Positions 9,669 to 18,246 of a stretch of DNA of 64,000 nucleotides are shown here, one piece after another. Source of the DNA: Acutalibacteraceae bacterium. Its GTDB lineage: Bacteria > Bacillota > Clostridia > Oscillospirales > Acutalibacteraceae. Location: NCBI GenBank assembly GCA_045647125.1, contig JAZRLZ010000019.1, positions 593 to 64,592 of the forward strand. The letters are read 5' to 3'. The translations under genes were made by a program, and so were the position numbers. Below the pieces are notes generated by a model. That model worked only from the letters and a program-made list of their open reading frames with translations. It was not told where the DNA came from and ran no database searches. Numbering within the stretch: the first letter of the stretch is position 1; each line of letters opens with the position of its first letter.

Positions 9669-10568
9669 ATGTCTAATATTCTTGCTCAGGGTGTTTTACC
9701 TGCACTTGTTTCACATTTTAAAAATGACGGAACAGTACTTAAGGATTCTATAAAAGCTAATATGGAGCGTAACTTCAGTCAGGGTGCAAACGGATTTTAT
9801 ATTTGCGGCTCTACGGGTGAAGGCCCCGTTATTACGTCAGCAATGCGTAAAGAAATTGCTGAAACTGTTGTGGAAGCAAACAACGGCAGAGGTCTTATTA
9901 TAAATCACGTGGGTGCAGCAGCTCCTATCGATGCCTTTGAGCTTGCGCGTCACGCAAGGGACTGTGGCTGTGATGCTATTTCAAGCGTTGTACCAAACTT
10001 TTACTTTAAATATAACGATGATGAAATCGTAGATTACTACAAGCGTCTTGCTTGCGAATCCGAGCTTCCCGTAATTGCATACGCTCAGTCGCTTCTTACA
10101 AGTGATTCCGTTAATCTTATGAAAAGACTTATTGAGCTTGACGGTGTTATCGGTGTTAAATATACGCTTACCGACTTCTACTCAATGCGTCGTATAAAAG
10201 AACTTAACGGCGGCGATATCAACGTTATCAACGGACCTGATGAAATGTTTATCTGCGGACTTTCTATGGGTGCGGATGCAGGTATCGGCTCAACCTACAA
10301 CCTTATGTGTGCCGAATACGTTAAGCTTCGCAATCAGTTTATCGCAGGGGATATTGAGGGCGCACGTGCTACTCAGTACAAGGTTAATAAGGTTATTGAA
10401 ATACTTATTAAATACGGTGTTATCAGATCAATAAAATACGTGCTTTCTCTCGATGGTATTGAAGCGGGCGATATTGCATATCCCGGCTCACCCCTTACCG
10501 ATGCGGAAAAGAAGGCTATTGTAAGCGAGTTGGAAAAAGTCGGTTTCTTTACCGATTATAATAAATAA
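9669..10568 (+). CDS. DapA/NanA-family class I aldolase, N-acetylneuraminate lyase-like
   Basis: ORF 9654..10568; ATG at 9669 lies 7 nt after GGAGAG. GFYICGSTGEG motif and a Schiff-base lysine context (IGVKYT). Confidence 0.7.
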   Translation: MSNILAQGVLPALVSHFKNDGTVLKDSIKANMERNFSQGANGFYICGSTGEGPVITSAMRKEIAETVVEANNGRGLIINHVGAAAPIDAFELARHARDCGCDAISSVVPNFYFKYNDDEIVDYYKRLACESELPVIAYAQSLLTSDSVNLMKRLIELDGVIGVKYTLTDFYSMRRIKELNGGDINVINGPDEMFICGLSMGADAGIGSTYNLMCAEYVKLRNQFIAGDIEGARATQYKVNKVIEILIKYGVIRSIKYVLSLDGIEAGDIAYPGSPLTDAEKKAIVSELEKVGFFTDYNK

Positions 10569-10612
10569 AAAACACAACCATATTTTTTACTACGAAAGGA
10601 AAAAGATTAAAA

Positions 10613-11542
10613 ATGGCTGTAAAAAATGTCACCAGATTCGGAATTCAAAGAAAAATCGTGGCTAATATGACAACTGAAAGTTGGCAGAATATTCCTCACG
10701 TTAGCTACCAGTATGAACCTGATGTCACAAAGTTTATGGAGGCTTTCAAGGAGTTTCAGGCAAAGCACAATACAGACGGCGGTGCAAAAATCACACTTAA
10801 TGCTGTTCTTCTCAAGGCTATTGCGGAAGCTATTGAAGTTGACCCCGTAATCAACGCTCACATTCATTATGAAAAAGGTCTTGTTCGAGGTAAGGTTACA
10901 GAATTTGATAATATCGATATTTCGGTTCCGTGGATTTTGCCTGACGGCAATATGATGACCATCACTATGAAGGATATGGGCAACAAAACTCTTAAGGAAA
11001 TTGCGGAGTATCAGGCAGATATCAACCGCAGACTTGAGAAAACCGTTCTTGTTGAAGCGCTTTATTCTGTCGCATTCCGTGATACTATAGAGAAGCTTAA
11101 AAAAGGTCATATTTTAAGAGCAATCAAGCGTCTTTACGGTGCTAATAGCAATAAGCGTCACAGAGTGGTTCGTCTTAAGGGTGCAGAGAAAAAAGCATAC
11201 AAGGCAATTCCTAATACAGAAAAAATCACAATTGATGACCTTAAACAGGGTACAATTACAGTATCAAACGTTGGTGCCGACACACGCGGTCTTTCAGGTG
11301 AGGTTGCTATGCTTATGGTTATCCCGCCACAGATTTGCGTTATAGGTATCGGTACATTGCAGAAGAAACCTGTTGTTGTTACCGATGAAAACGGTGAGGA
11401 TAAAATTGAAATCAGAACTATCCTTCCCATCAATATCGTATTCGACCACAGAGCATTGGATTTCGGTGAGGTAAGACCTTTCCTTACAAAGATGGAGGAA
11501 TTTTTCCAGAATCCCGAGCTTGTGCTTAATGAGAATGCGTAA
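10613..11542 (+). CDS. Stand-alone 2-oxoacid dehydrogenase E2-type acyltransferase catalytic domain (no lipoyl or subunit-binding domain)
   Basis: C-terminal catalytic motif DHRALDFG. Only 309 aa, starting directly in the catalytic domain. Confidence 0.7.
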   Translation: MAVKNVTRFGIQRKIVANMTTESWQNIPHVSYQYEPDVTKFMEAFKEFQAKHNTDGGAKITLNAVLLKAIAEAIEVDPVINAHIHYEKGLVRGKVTEFDNIDISVPWILPDGNMMTITMKDMGNKTLKEIAEYQADINRRLEKTVLVEALYSVAFRDTIEKLKKGHILRAIKRLYGANSNKRHRVVRLKGAEKKAYKAIPNTEKITIDDLKQGTITVSNVGADTRGLSGEVAMLMVIPPQICVIGIGTLQKKPVVVTDENGEDKIEIRTILPINIVFDHRALDFGEVRPFLTKMEEFFQNPELVLNENA

Positions 11543-11561
11543 AAGCTAAATACATACAATC

Positions 11562-11596
11562 CGGCTTACCACTGATGGGTGGTAAGCCGTTTTTTC
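11562..11596 (+). terminator. Rho-independent terminator
   Basis: Stem cggcttaccac/gtggtaagccg followed by TTTTTT. Confidence 0.8.
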
Positions 11597-11730
11597 TTTT
11601 GTTTAAACATAATTTTAACAAATAAGGTTTCGGAATAGTTTCGTTGAAGCTTTTTTATTGCTTAAATCTATAAAAATAATAACTATTTATAGGTAAATTT
11701 TACAAAGAGTGTGAAATAATTTTTATTATG

Positions 11731-11760
11731 TTGAAATTGTATGTGCTTTGGTGATATAAT
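11731..11760 (+). promoter_or_regulatory. Candidate sigma-A promoter (TTGAAA-18 nt-TATAAT)
   Basis: Read directly, 40 nt upstream of ATG 11801. Confidence 0.45.
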
Positions 11761-11800
11761 GTTTACATATATGTACATATTTTTTTAAAAGGATAATATT

Positions 11801-12874
11801 ATGAAGAAAAGATTATTGTTTTTATGCTTTGCTATAGCTGTTTTGTCGGTTTCACTTACAGTTGGCGGAGTTAAGGGTAACGTTACAGATAACCGTGATT
11901 TGTCGGTAATTAACCGCAATACATACGCTGCAAGTGACACAACAAAATCTACCGAAACCACAACGAAAAATTCAATACTTGATGATGTATCCAACGAGAA
12001 TCAAAATATTGATGATTTCATCGGCGATAAATTTGATAGTGCAGAGAATGTTGCAGGTATTTTCGGTGACCTTGGTAATATGGGCGGTGATATTCTCGGC
12101 GGTATGGATTTCGGAGACGCAGGAAATATCTTCGGTGGATTGTTCGGCGGTACACCACAGACTACTGCATCACAGGATTCCGGTAACGTTGTTACTACCG
12201 CATCAACAGAGCCGATTAACACAGTTGCACCCGTATATGCTGCAACACAACAGCATCAGCAGGTTGTAGTTGTTACTAACCCGAGTGTTGCAACTACTAC
12301 AAAAAATGCAAATCAGCTTGAAACTGTTGACTTTGCTGCAACCGCAGTGCCTTACCAAAAGCCTACAACCGAAATCAAGGGTGGCGACAAGGGTGAAGGC
12401 GTAAAGTGGATGCAATGGATTTTTATTTATTCACAGTACGGACTTAGTGATGACGGCATCACCGGAGTTTATGATAAGGATACAATTGCAGTTGTCAAAA
12501 AGCTTCAGAAGGCAAAGGGGATGACTGTTGACGGTGTTGTTACCAAAGAGGTTATTGAGGAAATCGAAAAGCTTTACCTTGCTTCTTTGGGTACAGTTAC
12601 TGTTGCTACAACACCCGCACCAAGCGTTGCAGTTACCGTACCCGTTGTGGAGGCAGAAGAGGAATCACCTATTGCTAAAGTGATATTTGTATTCGTTGTT
12701 ATTTTGTGGGCACTTGTTATTGCCTTCGTTGTTACAATGATAGTAATAAAGAAGAAGGCTAAGAAAAAAGCGGAAGCATTAAAAAAATCTTCTGCATCAA
12801 CGGAATCACAGAATAACTCTTCGGATAAAAAGGAAGAAACACAAAACTCTGTTGAAAATAAAGAGGGCGAATAA
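11801..12874 (+). CDS. Secreted, C-terminally membrane-anchored protein with a PG_binding_1-type peptidoglycan-binding domain
   Basis: Signal peptide, low-complexity T/G-rich region, the ...DDGITGVYDKDT...MTVDGVV... repeat pattern of PG_binding_1, one C-terminal TM helix and a K/E-rich tail. Confidence 0.65.
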   Translation: MKKRLLFLCFAIAVLSVSLTVGGVKGNVTDNRDLSVINRNTYAASDTTKSTETTTKNSILDDVSNENQNIDDFIGDKFDSAENVAGIFGDLGNMGGDILGGMDFGDAGNIFGGLFGGTPQTTASQDSGNVVTTASTEPINTVAPVYAATQQHQQVVVVTNPSVATTTKNANQLETVDFAATAVPYQKPTTEIKGGDKGEGVKWMQWIFIYSQYGLSDDGITGVYDKDTIAVVKKLQKAKGMTVDGVVTKEVIEEIEKLYLASLGTVTVATTPAPSVAVTVPVVEAEEESPIAKVIFVFVVILWALVIAFVVTMIVIKKKAKKKAEALKKSSASTESQNNSSDKKEETQNSVENKEGE

Positions 12875-12875
12875 T

Positions 12876-13769
12876 ATGGATAAGTATTTAATCATCAACG
12901 CAGACGATTTCGGTATGTGCCATTCTGCCAATATGGCGGTGCAGGACCTTTTCAAAAAAGGCGGCATTACATCCGCTACAATTATGACCCCTTGCTCATG
13001 GGCAAAGGAAGCAGGTACCTGGGCTGCACAGCATCCCGAGTACGCAGTAGGTGTGCACCTTACTTTTACAAGTGAGTGGGGTCAGTACAGATGGTCTCCC
13101 ATAGCTCAGGGTGATACGTCATCCTTGCGTGACAGTGAAGATTTTATGTATCACGAATCCGATGAGTTTGAGGCAAACAGTGATCTTGAACAGGTAGAAA
13201 AGGAAATAAGAGCACAGATTCAGCGCTTTCGCTCTTTCGGTGTAGAGCCCTCACATCTTGATAATCATATGGGTTCACTTTACGGTATAGAATCAGGCAG
13301 ATTTGAGCTTCTTAACCTTACACTTGATATCGCAGGTGAGGAGGGCTTACCCTTCAGATTCCCCGGCACTTTTGTACCCGAGATGTTCTCAAATGCAACC
13401 CTGGATGTTAAGATAGATACAGATCTTATTGCAATGTTCTTCGATAAAATTCTTGCTCACGCTTCAGATCTTAAGGTTGCAGTACCGGATTTCCTTATTC
13501 CCGGTGAATGGAACGGACCGCAGAACGACAGCTACGAGAATTTTAAGGAATATATCTACGAGCTTTACAGAAGCTTCCCCAACGGTGTTACCGAAACCTA
13601 CATACACCCTGCATTTGAAAGCGAGGAGCTTAAGGCAATTTCGGGTGCATGGCACCGCAGAGTATGGGAGCATAAACTTTTCTCTGACCCGCAGACTTTA
13701 CAGCATATTAAGGCTTGCGGTATAAAGCTTATTAATTACCGTGACCTTAAGGAAATGAAGGGTTATTAA
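12876..13769 (+). CDS. ChbG/YdjC-family carbohydrate deacetylase
   Basis: ATG 12876 follows AAGAGGG. N-terminal LIINADDFGM motif and HLDNH motif. Confidence 0.8.
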   Translation: MDKYLIINADDFGMCHSANMAVQDLFKKGGITSATIMTPCSWAKEAGTWAAQHPEYAVGVHLTFTSEWGQYRWSPIAQGDTSSLRDSEDFMYHESDEFEANSDLEQVEKEIRAQIQRFRSFGVEPSHLDNHMGSLYGIESGRFELLNLTLDIAGEEGLPFRFPGTFVPEMFSNATLDVKIDTDLIAMFFDKILAHASDLKVAVPDFLIPGEWNGPQNDSYENFKEYIYELYRSFPNGVTETYIHPAFESEELKAISGAWHRRVWEHKLFSDPQTLQHIKACGIKLINYRDLKEMKGY

Positions 13770-13806
13770 TATAATATTATTGTATTATGTTACATTAAAA
13801 AACAGT

Positions 13807-13842
13807 AAGCAGTGAATGTGTTTTGCATTCACTGCTTTTTTC
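13807..13842 (+). terminator. Rho-independent terminator of the chbG-like gene
   Basis: 12-bp stem aagcagtgaatg/cattcactgctt followed by a T-run. Confidence 0.85.
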
Positions 13843-13899
13843 TATAAAAGGTATGTGGAAAAATACAATATAACTATACAATGTAATTATACCTTTGAT

Positions 13900-13934
13900 A
13901 TGAAACAAAGCACCTTAAGGGTGCTTTGTTTCAT
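13900..13934. other. Perfect 15-bp-arm inverted repeat (hairpin) at the left edge of the phage-derived locus
   Basis: atgaaacaaagcacc-ttaag-ggtgctttgtttcat. Overlaps the stop codon of the ImmA-like gene. Only a weak T-run follows it. Confidence 0.5.
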
Positions 13935-14140
13935 CTTTTCATACTTCCTTCAATCATCTCAACCGGAAGCTCCTTAAAAAAGTCGTTGCGATGAATATGT
14001 GTTTTTTCGTGTTCGAGTGATTTCTTTTTTGCTTCGTCAGACAAATCCATATTAACATAAATGTTAAAGTCCCCGTTTGAATCAGGTATCGTGAATGCTC
14101 TGATTGAAAGGGGCATTTTTATTTCTCTGATAAAGAACAA
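13931..14140 (-). CDS. Short ImmA/IrrE-like metallopeptidase (HExxH)
   Basis: 69 aa. TTG start 8 nt after GGAGGT. HEKTH motif preceded by the ...IPDSNGDFNIYVN... pattern seen in short ImmA-like proteins. Lies directly downstream of the XRE gene. Confidence 0.5.
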   Translation of the reverse strand: MFFIREIKMPLSIRAFTIPDSNGDFNIYVNMDLSDEAKKKSLEHEKTHIHRNDFFKELPVEMIEGSMKR

Positions 14141-14163
14141 TAGTTTTTACCTCCAATATACTT

Positions 14164-14517
14164 TCATGTGTCCGGGTTTGTATCCACCAGAGCATTAAGC
14201 ATAACTATAAATGAATCAAGCTGCTCCTCGGTGGCTTTTTCCGAAATATCAAAAAGCAGACGACGTTTTTTATGTAGGGAGTTGATGCTTTGGCTAAGTC
14301 CGCCACCCTCGGGGGTAGGGGTGTTGAACTCATCATAAAAGTAGTTGAGGTCAACACCGAAATATCGGGCTATTTTAACCAATGTATCTGTACTCAGGCT
14401 TTTTGAACGTTGCTTTTTTAATTCGGTCAAGGTACTGCGTGGTATGTCAATTTCTCTGCACAAGGCAGCAATAGATATTTTTTGCTCAGTGCATAGTTGG
14501 TAGATTTTGTCATACAT
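14164..14517 (-). CDS. XRE-family helix-turn-helix repressor
   Basis: ATG 14517 lies 9 nt after AAAGGAG. HTH segment ISIAALCREIDIPRSTLTELKKQR. Confidence 0.8.
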   Translation of the reverse strand: MYDKIYQLCTEQKISIAALCREIDIPRSTLTELKKQRSKSLSTDTLVKIARYFGVDLNYFYDEFNTPTPEGGGLSQSINSLHKKRRLLFDISEKATEEQLDSFIVMLNALVDTNPDT

Positions 14518-14611
14518 ACACAAATACTCCTTTCTGTTTTTGGTCATTCCTACAAAAGATACAGAAAAACGAACATTTGTTCTCAAAAAGGCAGAAATGT
14601 ACAAAATTCTG

Positions 14612-14620
14612 TGCTATAAT
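14612..14620 (+). promoter_or_regulatory. Candidate rightward extended -10 promoter (TGcTATAAT) for the late operon
   Basis: TGCTATAAT at 14612-14620; no good -35 element. Confidence 0.3.
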
Positions 14621-14656
14621 ACAAAACGAGTTCGAAACTCTGTACTGTTTGAGTTT

Positions 14657-14685
14657 AATATATCGCATTTATTTGTATTTGTCAA
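14657..14685 (-). promoter_or_regulatory. Leftward sigma-A promoter (TTGACA-17 nt-TATATT) for the XRE/ImmA transcript
   Basis: The reverse complement of 14657-14685 reads TTGACAaatacaaataaatgcgaTATATT. Confidence 0.55.
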
Positions 14686-14705
14686 TAACATTTGGGAGGT
14701 TTTTT

Positions 14706-14930
14706 ATGGACAACAAATTCAATCGTGTAATGTGTCCCTTTTTCAGGGGATCAGGAAAGCAGACCATAACTTGCGAGGGTTTCAATCATAATACTGATTG
14801 TAAACAGAGATTTAGCGATGCGATTGTAAAAAATGAATACGAGCACGAGAAATGCTCAACCGTCAGTTATCGCAATTGCCATTATTACAGAGCACTTGCT
14901 CTGCTTTATGACAGGGGTATAAAGAAATGA
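14706..14930 (+). CDS. Small Cys/His-rich protein, first gene of the rightward operon
   Basis: ATG 14706 lies 5 nt after GGGAGGT. 74 aa with five Cys and three His. Confidence 0.55.
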   Translation: MDNKFNRVMCPFFRGSGKQTITCEGFNHNTDCKQRFSDAIVKNEYEHEKCSTVSYRNCHYYRALALLYDRGIKK

Positions 14931-15187
14931 GCCCGTCGCAGAAGCGTGTGGCAAAAATAGAAGCGGCTACAAACAATATGGCGTGTCTTATTGACAGTAT
15001 TGTTAAGGATGCTCTTAAGAATTACCGAAAAGCCGGTGAAATCGGACTTGATGCCAAGTTTCTTAAGGAAAGCGTAACAATTCTTCGCGAGATGTGGAAT
15101 CTTCTTGATTCGGCAGAGGAGCCCATAAGCGTTGATGAAGGAATTGTTATAAAGCTTGAGGGACAGGTGGAAAAATGGTGCAAATAA
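14927..15187 (+). CDS. Small hypothetical protein in the position usually held by a small terminase subunit
   Basis: ATGA overlap with the upstream ORF. 86 aa, predicted helical. No motif recognised. Confidence 0.5.
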   Translation: MSPSQKRVAKIEAATNNMACLIDSIVKDALKNYRKAGEIGLDAKFLKESVTILREMWNLLDSAEEPISVDEGIVIKLEGQVEKWCK

Positions 15188-15245
15188 TAAATGAGGTGAT
15201 TATATAACTCAGCTTACAATATCGGAGCCCAATGAGAAGCAGAAA

Positions 15246-16559
15246 TTGTTTTTTGAATCAAAAAAGCGTTTTATCGGCTACGGCGGTGCAAGAGGTGGAG
15301 GCAAATCATGGGCTTTAAGAACAAAGTTTATCTTACTTGCTTTTAATTACCCGGGACTGAAGCTTTTGCTTTTGAGAAAAACATTGCCGGAATTGCGTGA
15401 AAATCATCTTTTACCTATGCTTGCTCAGCTTAACGGAATAGCACACTACAAGCGTGATGAAAGGGCGTTTATTTTTCCTAACGGTTCACGAATCCGACTG
15501 GGCTATTGTGATACGGAAAATGATATTTATCAGTATCAAGGTCAGGAATATGAGGTTATCGGTGTCGAAGAATGTACACATTTTACCTTTAATCAGATTC
15601 AGTTTCTTACCACTTGCAATCGAACAACACGAGATGATTTTAAGCCACGTATGTATTTTACGGGTAACCCGGGTGGTGTGGGGCATAACTGGTTCAAGCG
15701 TCTTTTTGTAAAAGGGCGTTACGAGAGTGCTGAGGACCCTGAGGATTATGACTTTATTCCCGCCACAATAGATGATAACAAGGTGCTTATGGAAAAGAAT
15801 CCTGAGTACGTAAAGGTACTTGATTCCTTACCTGAAAAGCTTCGTCAGGCACATCGCTACGGTAACTGGGATATTTTCGATGGTCAGTTTTTCGAGGAAT
15901 TCCGCGATTGCCGTGACCATTATGGTGACGGACTTTACACCCATGTTATTGAGCCTTTTGAAATACCCCACGGATGGAAGATTTATCGTTCATTTGACTT
16001 CGGCTACGCAAAGCCTTTTTCGTGTGGTTGGTGGGCAGTTGATTATGACGGCAGATTATACAGAATTCTTGAATTATATGGTTGCACAAAAACTCCCGAT
16101 GAGGGTGTTAAGTGGCCGCCTGAAAAGATTTTTTCGGAAATAAAACGTATAGAAAATGAGCACAGATGGTTGAAAAACAAAGAGATTATTGGTGTAGCTG
16201 ACCCCTCGATATGGGATGCATCCAGAGGTGAAGCCATTATTGAAGCTGCCAACAGAAACGGAATATTTTTCAATAAGGGGGACAACAAGCGTCTGCCCGG
16301 TTGGATGCAGGTGCATTACCGGCTTTGTTTTGATGAATCGGGAGTGCCTATGATGTACGTTTTTGAAAACTGCAAGGGTTTTATACGAACAATTCCTGAG
16401 CAAAGCTTCAGTGAATCGAATCCTGAGGATCTTGACACATCGGGTGAGGATCACATTGCCGACGAGGTTCGATATATGTGTATGGCACGACCTATACCGC
16501 CTACCTATAAAAAGAAGTCGGAAATTTTCGGTGATGACCCCTTGAATTTGCGAAGATAA
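15246..16559 (+). CDS. terL: Terminase large subunit
   Basis: Walker A-like GGARGGGKSWA. C-terminal nuclease-type motif GEDHIADEVRYM. The frame is open back to 15195 (see finding on the start codon). Confidence 0.9.
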   Translation: MFFESKKRFIGYGGARGGGKSWALRTKFILLAFNYPGLKLLLLRKTLPELRENHLLPMLAQLNGIAHYKRDERAFIFPNGSRIRLGYCDTENDIYQYQGQEYEVIGVEECTHFTFNQIQFLTTCNRTTRDDFKPRMYFTGNPGGVGHNWFKRLFVKGRYESAEDPEDYDFIPATIDDNKVLMEKNPEYVKVLDSLPEKLRQAHRYGNWDIFDGQFFEEFRDCRDHYGDGLYTHVIEPFEIPHGWKIYRSFDFGYAKPFSCGWWAVDYDGRLYRILELYGCTKTPDEGVKWPPEKIFSEIKRIENEHRWLKNKEIIGVADPSIWDASRGEAIIEAANRNGIFFNKGDNKRLPGWMQVHYRLCFDESGVPMMYVFENCKGFIRTIPEQSFSESNPEDLDTSGEDHIADEVRYMCMARPIPPTYKKKSEIFGDDPLNLRR

Positions 16560-16581
16560 AAAACTGATATGGAGGTACAAA

Positions 16582-18246
16582 TTGAAAGATAAAGAAGAAA
16601 AACTTAACAAATCACAGAAGTACCAAAAGCCCGTTGCCTTTAATATTAACGGCACAATGGGTGTAATCGGAAAGGAGCAGGTGGAAAAGGCTCTTTCCGT
16701 TCTGAAAAAATATAAGGAGGGTAAAGCCTCCTTGGAAAATCGAGTGATTGATAACGAGCAATGGTTCAAAATGCGACATTGGGAGCAGCTCAGAGGCGAT
16801 GGTGATGAAAATGCTTCTGCATGGCTTTTTAACTCTATTGCCAACAAGCATGCCGATGCAATGGATAATTTCCCTGCAATAAACGTGTTGCCCCGAGAGG
16901 CAAGTGACCGTGCTGCTGCAGAGGTTTTGTCACATATTCTGCCTGTTGTGTTTGAGCGTAACGGATTTGAAAAGATTTATAACGATTGTTGGTGGTACAA
17001 GCTGAAGGTAGGTACTGCAGTTTACGGAATATTCTGGAATCCGCGTAAAAATAACGGGATAGGTGATATCGAAATCCGTCAGGTTGATTTGCTTAATCTT
17101 TTTTGGGAGCCGGGTATCAAGGATATCCAGAAAAGTAAAAACCTTTTCTACGTTGAGCTTGTGGATAATGAAACACTTGTGGCACTTTATCCTCAGCTTT
17201 CGGGAAAGCTTGGTGCAAATAGTATTGAGATTGCACACTACGTTTATGATGACAGTGTTGATACATCATCGAAAAGTGCTGTGGTTGACCATTATTACAA
17301 AACGCTTCGTAACGGTGTGGAAACTTTGCATTATTGCAAATTCTGTAACGGTGAGCTTTTGTATGCTTCCGAAAACGATCCTGCATATATGGAGCGTGGA
17401 TTCTATGACCATGGCCAGTACCCCTTTGTGTTTGACACATTATTCGTGGAGGAGGGTACACCATGCGGCTTCGGTTACATTGATATTATGAAAGATGCAC
17501 AGAAGCAGATTGATACCTTATCGAATGCATTTGTGCGTAATGCAACGATGGCAACTAATCCTCGGTATTTCATTAACTCTGCAGGTGCGGTAAACGAACA
17601 GGAATTTGCAGATTGGTCAAATAATTTTGTTCACGTTTCGGGCAGTAATCTCGGCGAGGATAGTATTCGTGAAATACGTATGTCGGGTATTCCCGATATT
17701 TATCTCGGCATTCTTAACAGTAAAATAGACGAGCTTAAAGAAACAAGCGGTAACCGTGATTTCAGTCAGGGTGGTGTTTCAAGCGGTGTTACCGCCGCAA
17801 GTGCTATTGCCGCTTTGCAGGAGGCGGGAAGTAAGCTTACACGAGATATGGTGAAAAGCGGATACCGAGCCTTTTCGGAGCTTAATTCACTTGCGGTTGA
17901 GCTTATACGTCAGTTTTATGATGAACCGCGATTCTTCCGTGTGCTCGGATCAAACGGAGAACAACAGTTTGTTTCTTATGATAACTCCGCCATAAGGCTT
18001 CAGCGTGATGTTACAGCTTTTGGTGAGGAGGTTTATACCCGTAAACCCATATTCGATATCAGGGTATCTGCGGAAAAATCAAGCCCCTTTACTACCATCA
18101 GCCGAAATGAACTTGCATTACAGCTTTATAACTCGGGTATGTTTAACCCTGAAATGCGTTCTCAAGCGATACTTGCCATTGATATGATGGATTTTGAGGG
18201 TAAAAGTGCTTTGCTTGCAAAACTTACCTCGGGGGGAGCTTTATGA
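16582..18246 (+). CDS. Portal protein
   Basis: 554 aa immediately after terL. TTG start 5 nt after GGAGGT. Called on position and size. Confidence 0.7.
   Translation: MKDKEEKLNKSQKYQKPVAFNINGTMGVIGKEQVEKALSVLKKYKEGKASLENRVIDNEQWFKMRHWEQLRGDGDENASAWLFNSIANKHADAMDNFPAINVLPREASDRAAAEVLSHILPVVFERNGFEKIYNDCWWYKLKVGTAVYGIFWNPRKNNGIGDIEIRQVDLLNLFWEPGIKDIQKSKNLFYVELVDNETLVALYPQLSGKLGANSIEIAHYVYDDSVDTSSKSAVVDHYYKTLRNGVETLHYCKFCNGELLYASENDPAYMERGFYDHGQYPFVFDTLFVEEGTPCGFGYIDIMKDAQKQIDTLSNAFVRNATMATNPRYFINSAGAVNEQEFADWSNNFVHVSGSNLGEDSIREIRMSGIPDIYLGILNSKIDELKETSGNRDFSQGGVSSGVTAASAIAALQEAGSKLTRDMVKSGYRAFSELNSLAVELIRQFYDEPRFFRVLGSNGEQQFVSYDNSAIRLQRDVTAFGEEVYTRKPIFDIRVSAEKSSPFTTISRNELALQLYNSGMFNPEMRSQAILAIDMMDFEGKSALLAKLTSGGAL

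Noticed and set aside
13861-13890. Possible dif-like (XerCD) site, aatacaatataactatacaatgtaattat, near the left junction. It would suggest Xer-dependent integration.
   Set aside because: Only a 6-nt ATGTAA core matches the XerD arm, within a very AT-rich stretch, and the XerC-arm match is poor. It is indistinguishable from chance without a computed score and a second copy.
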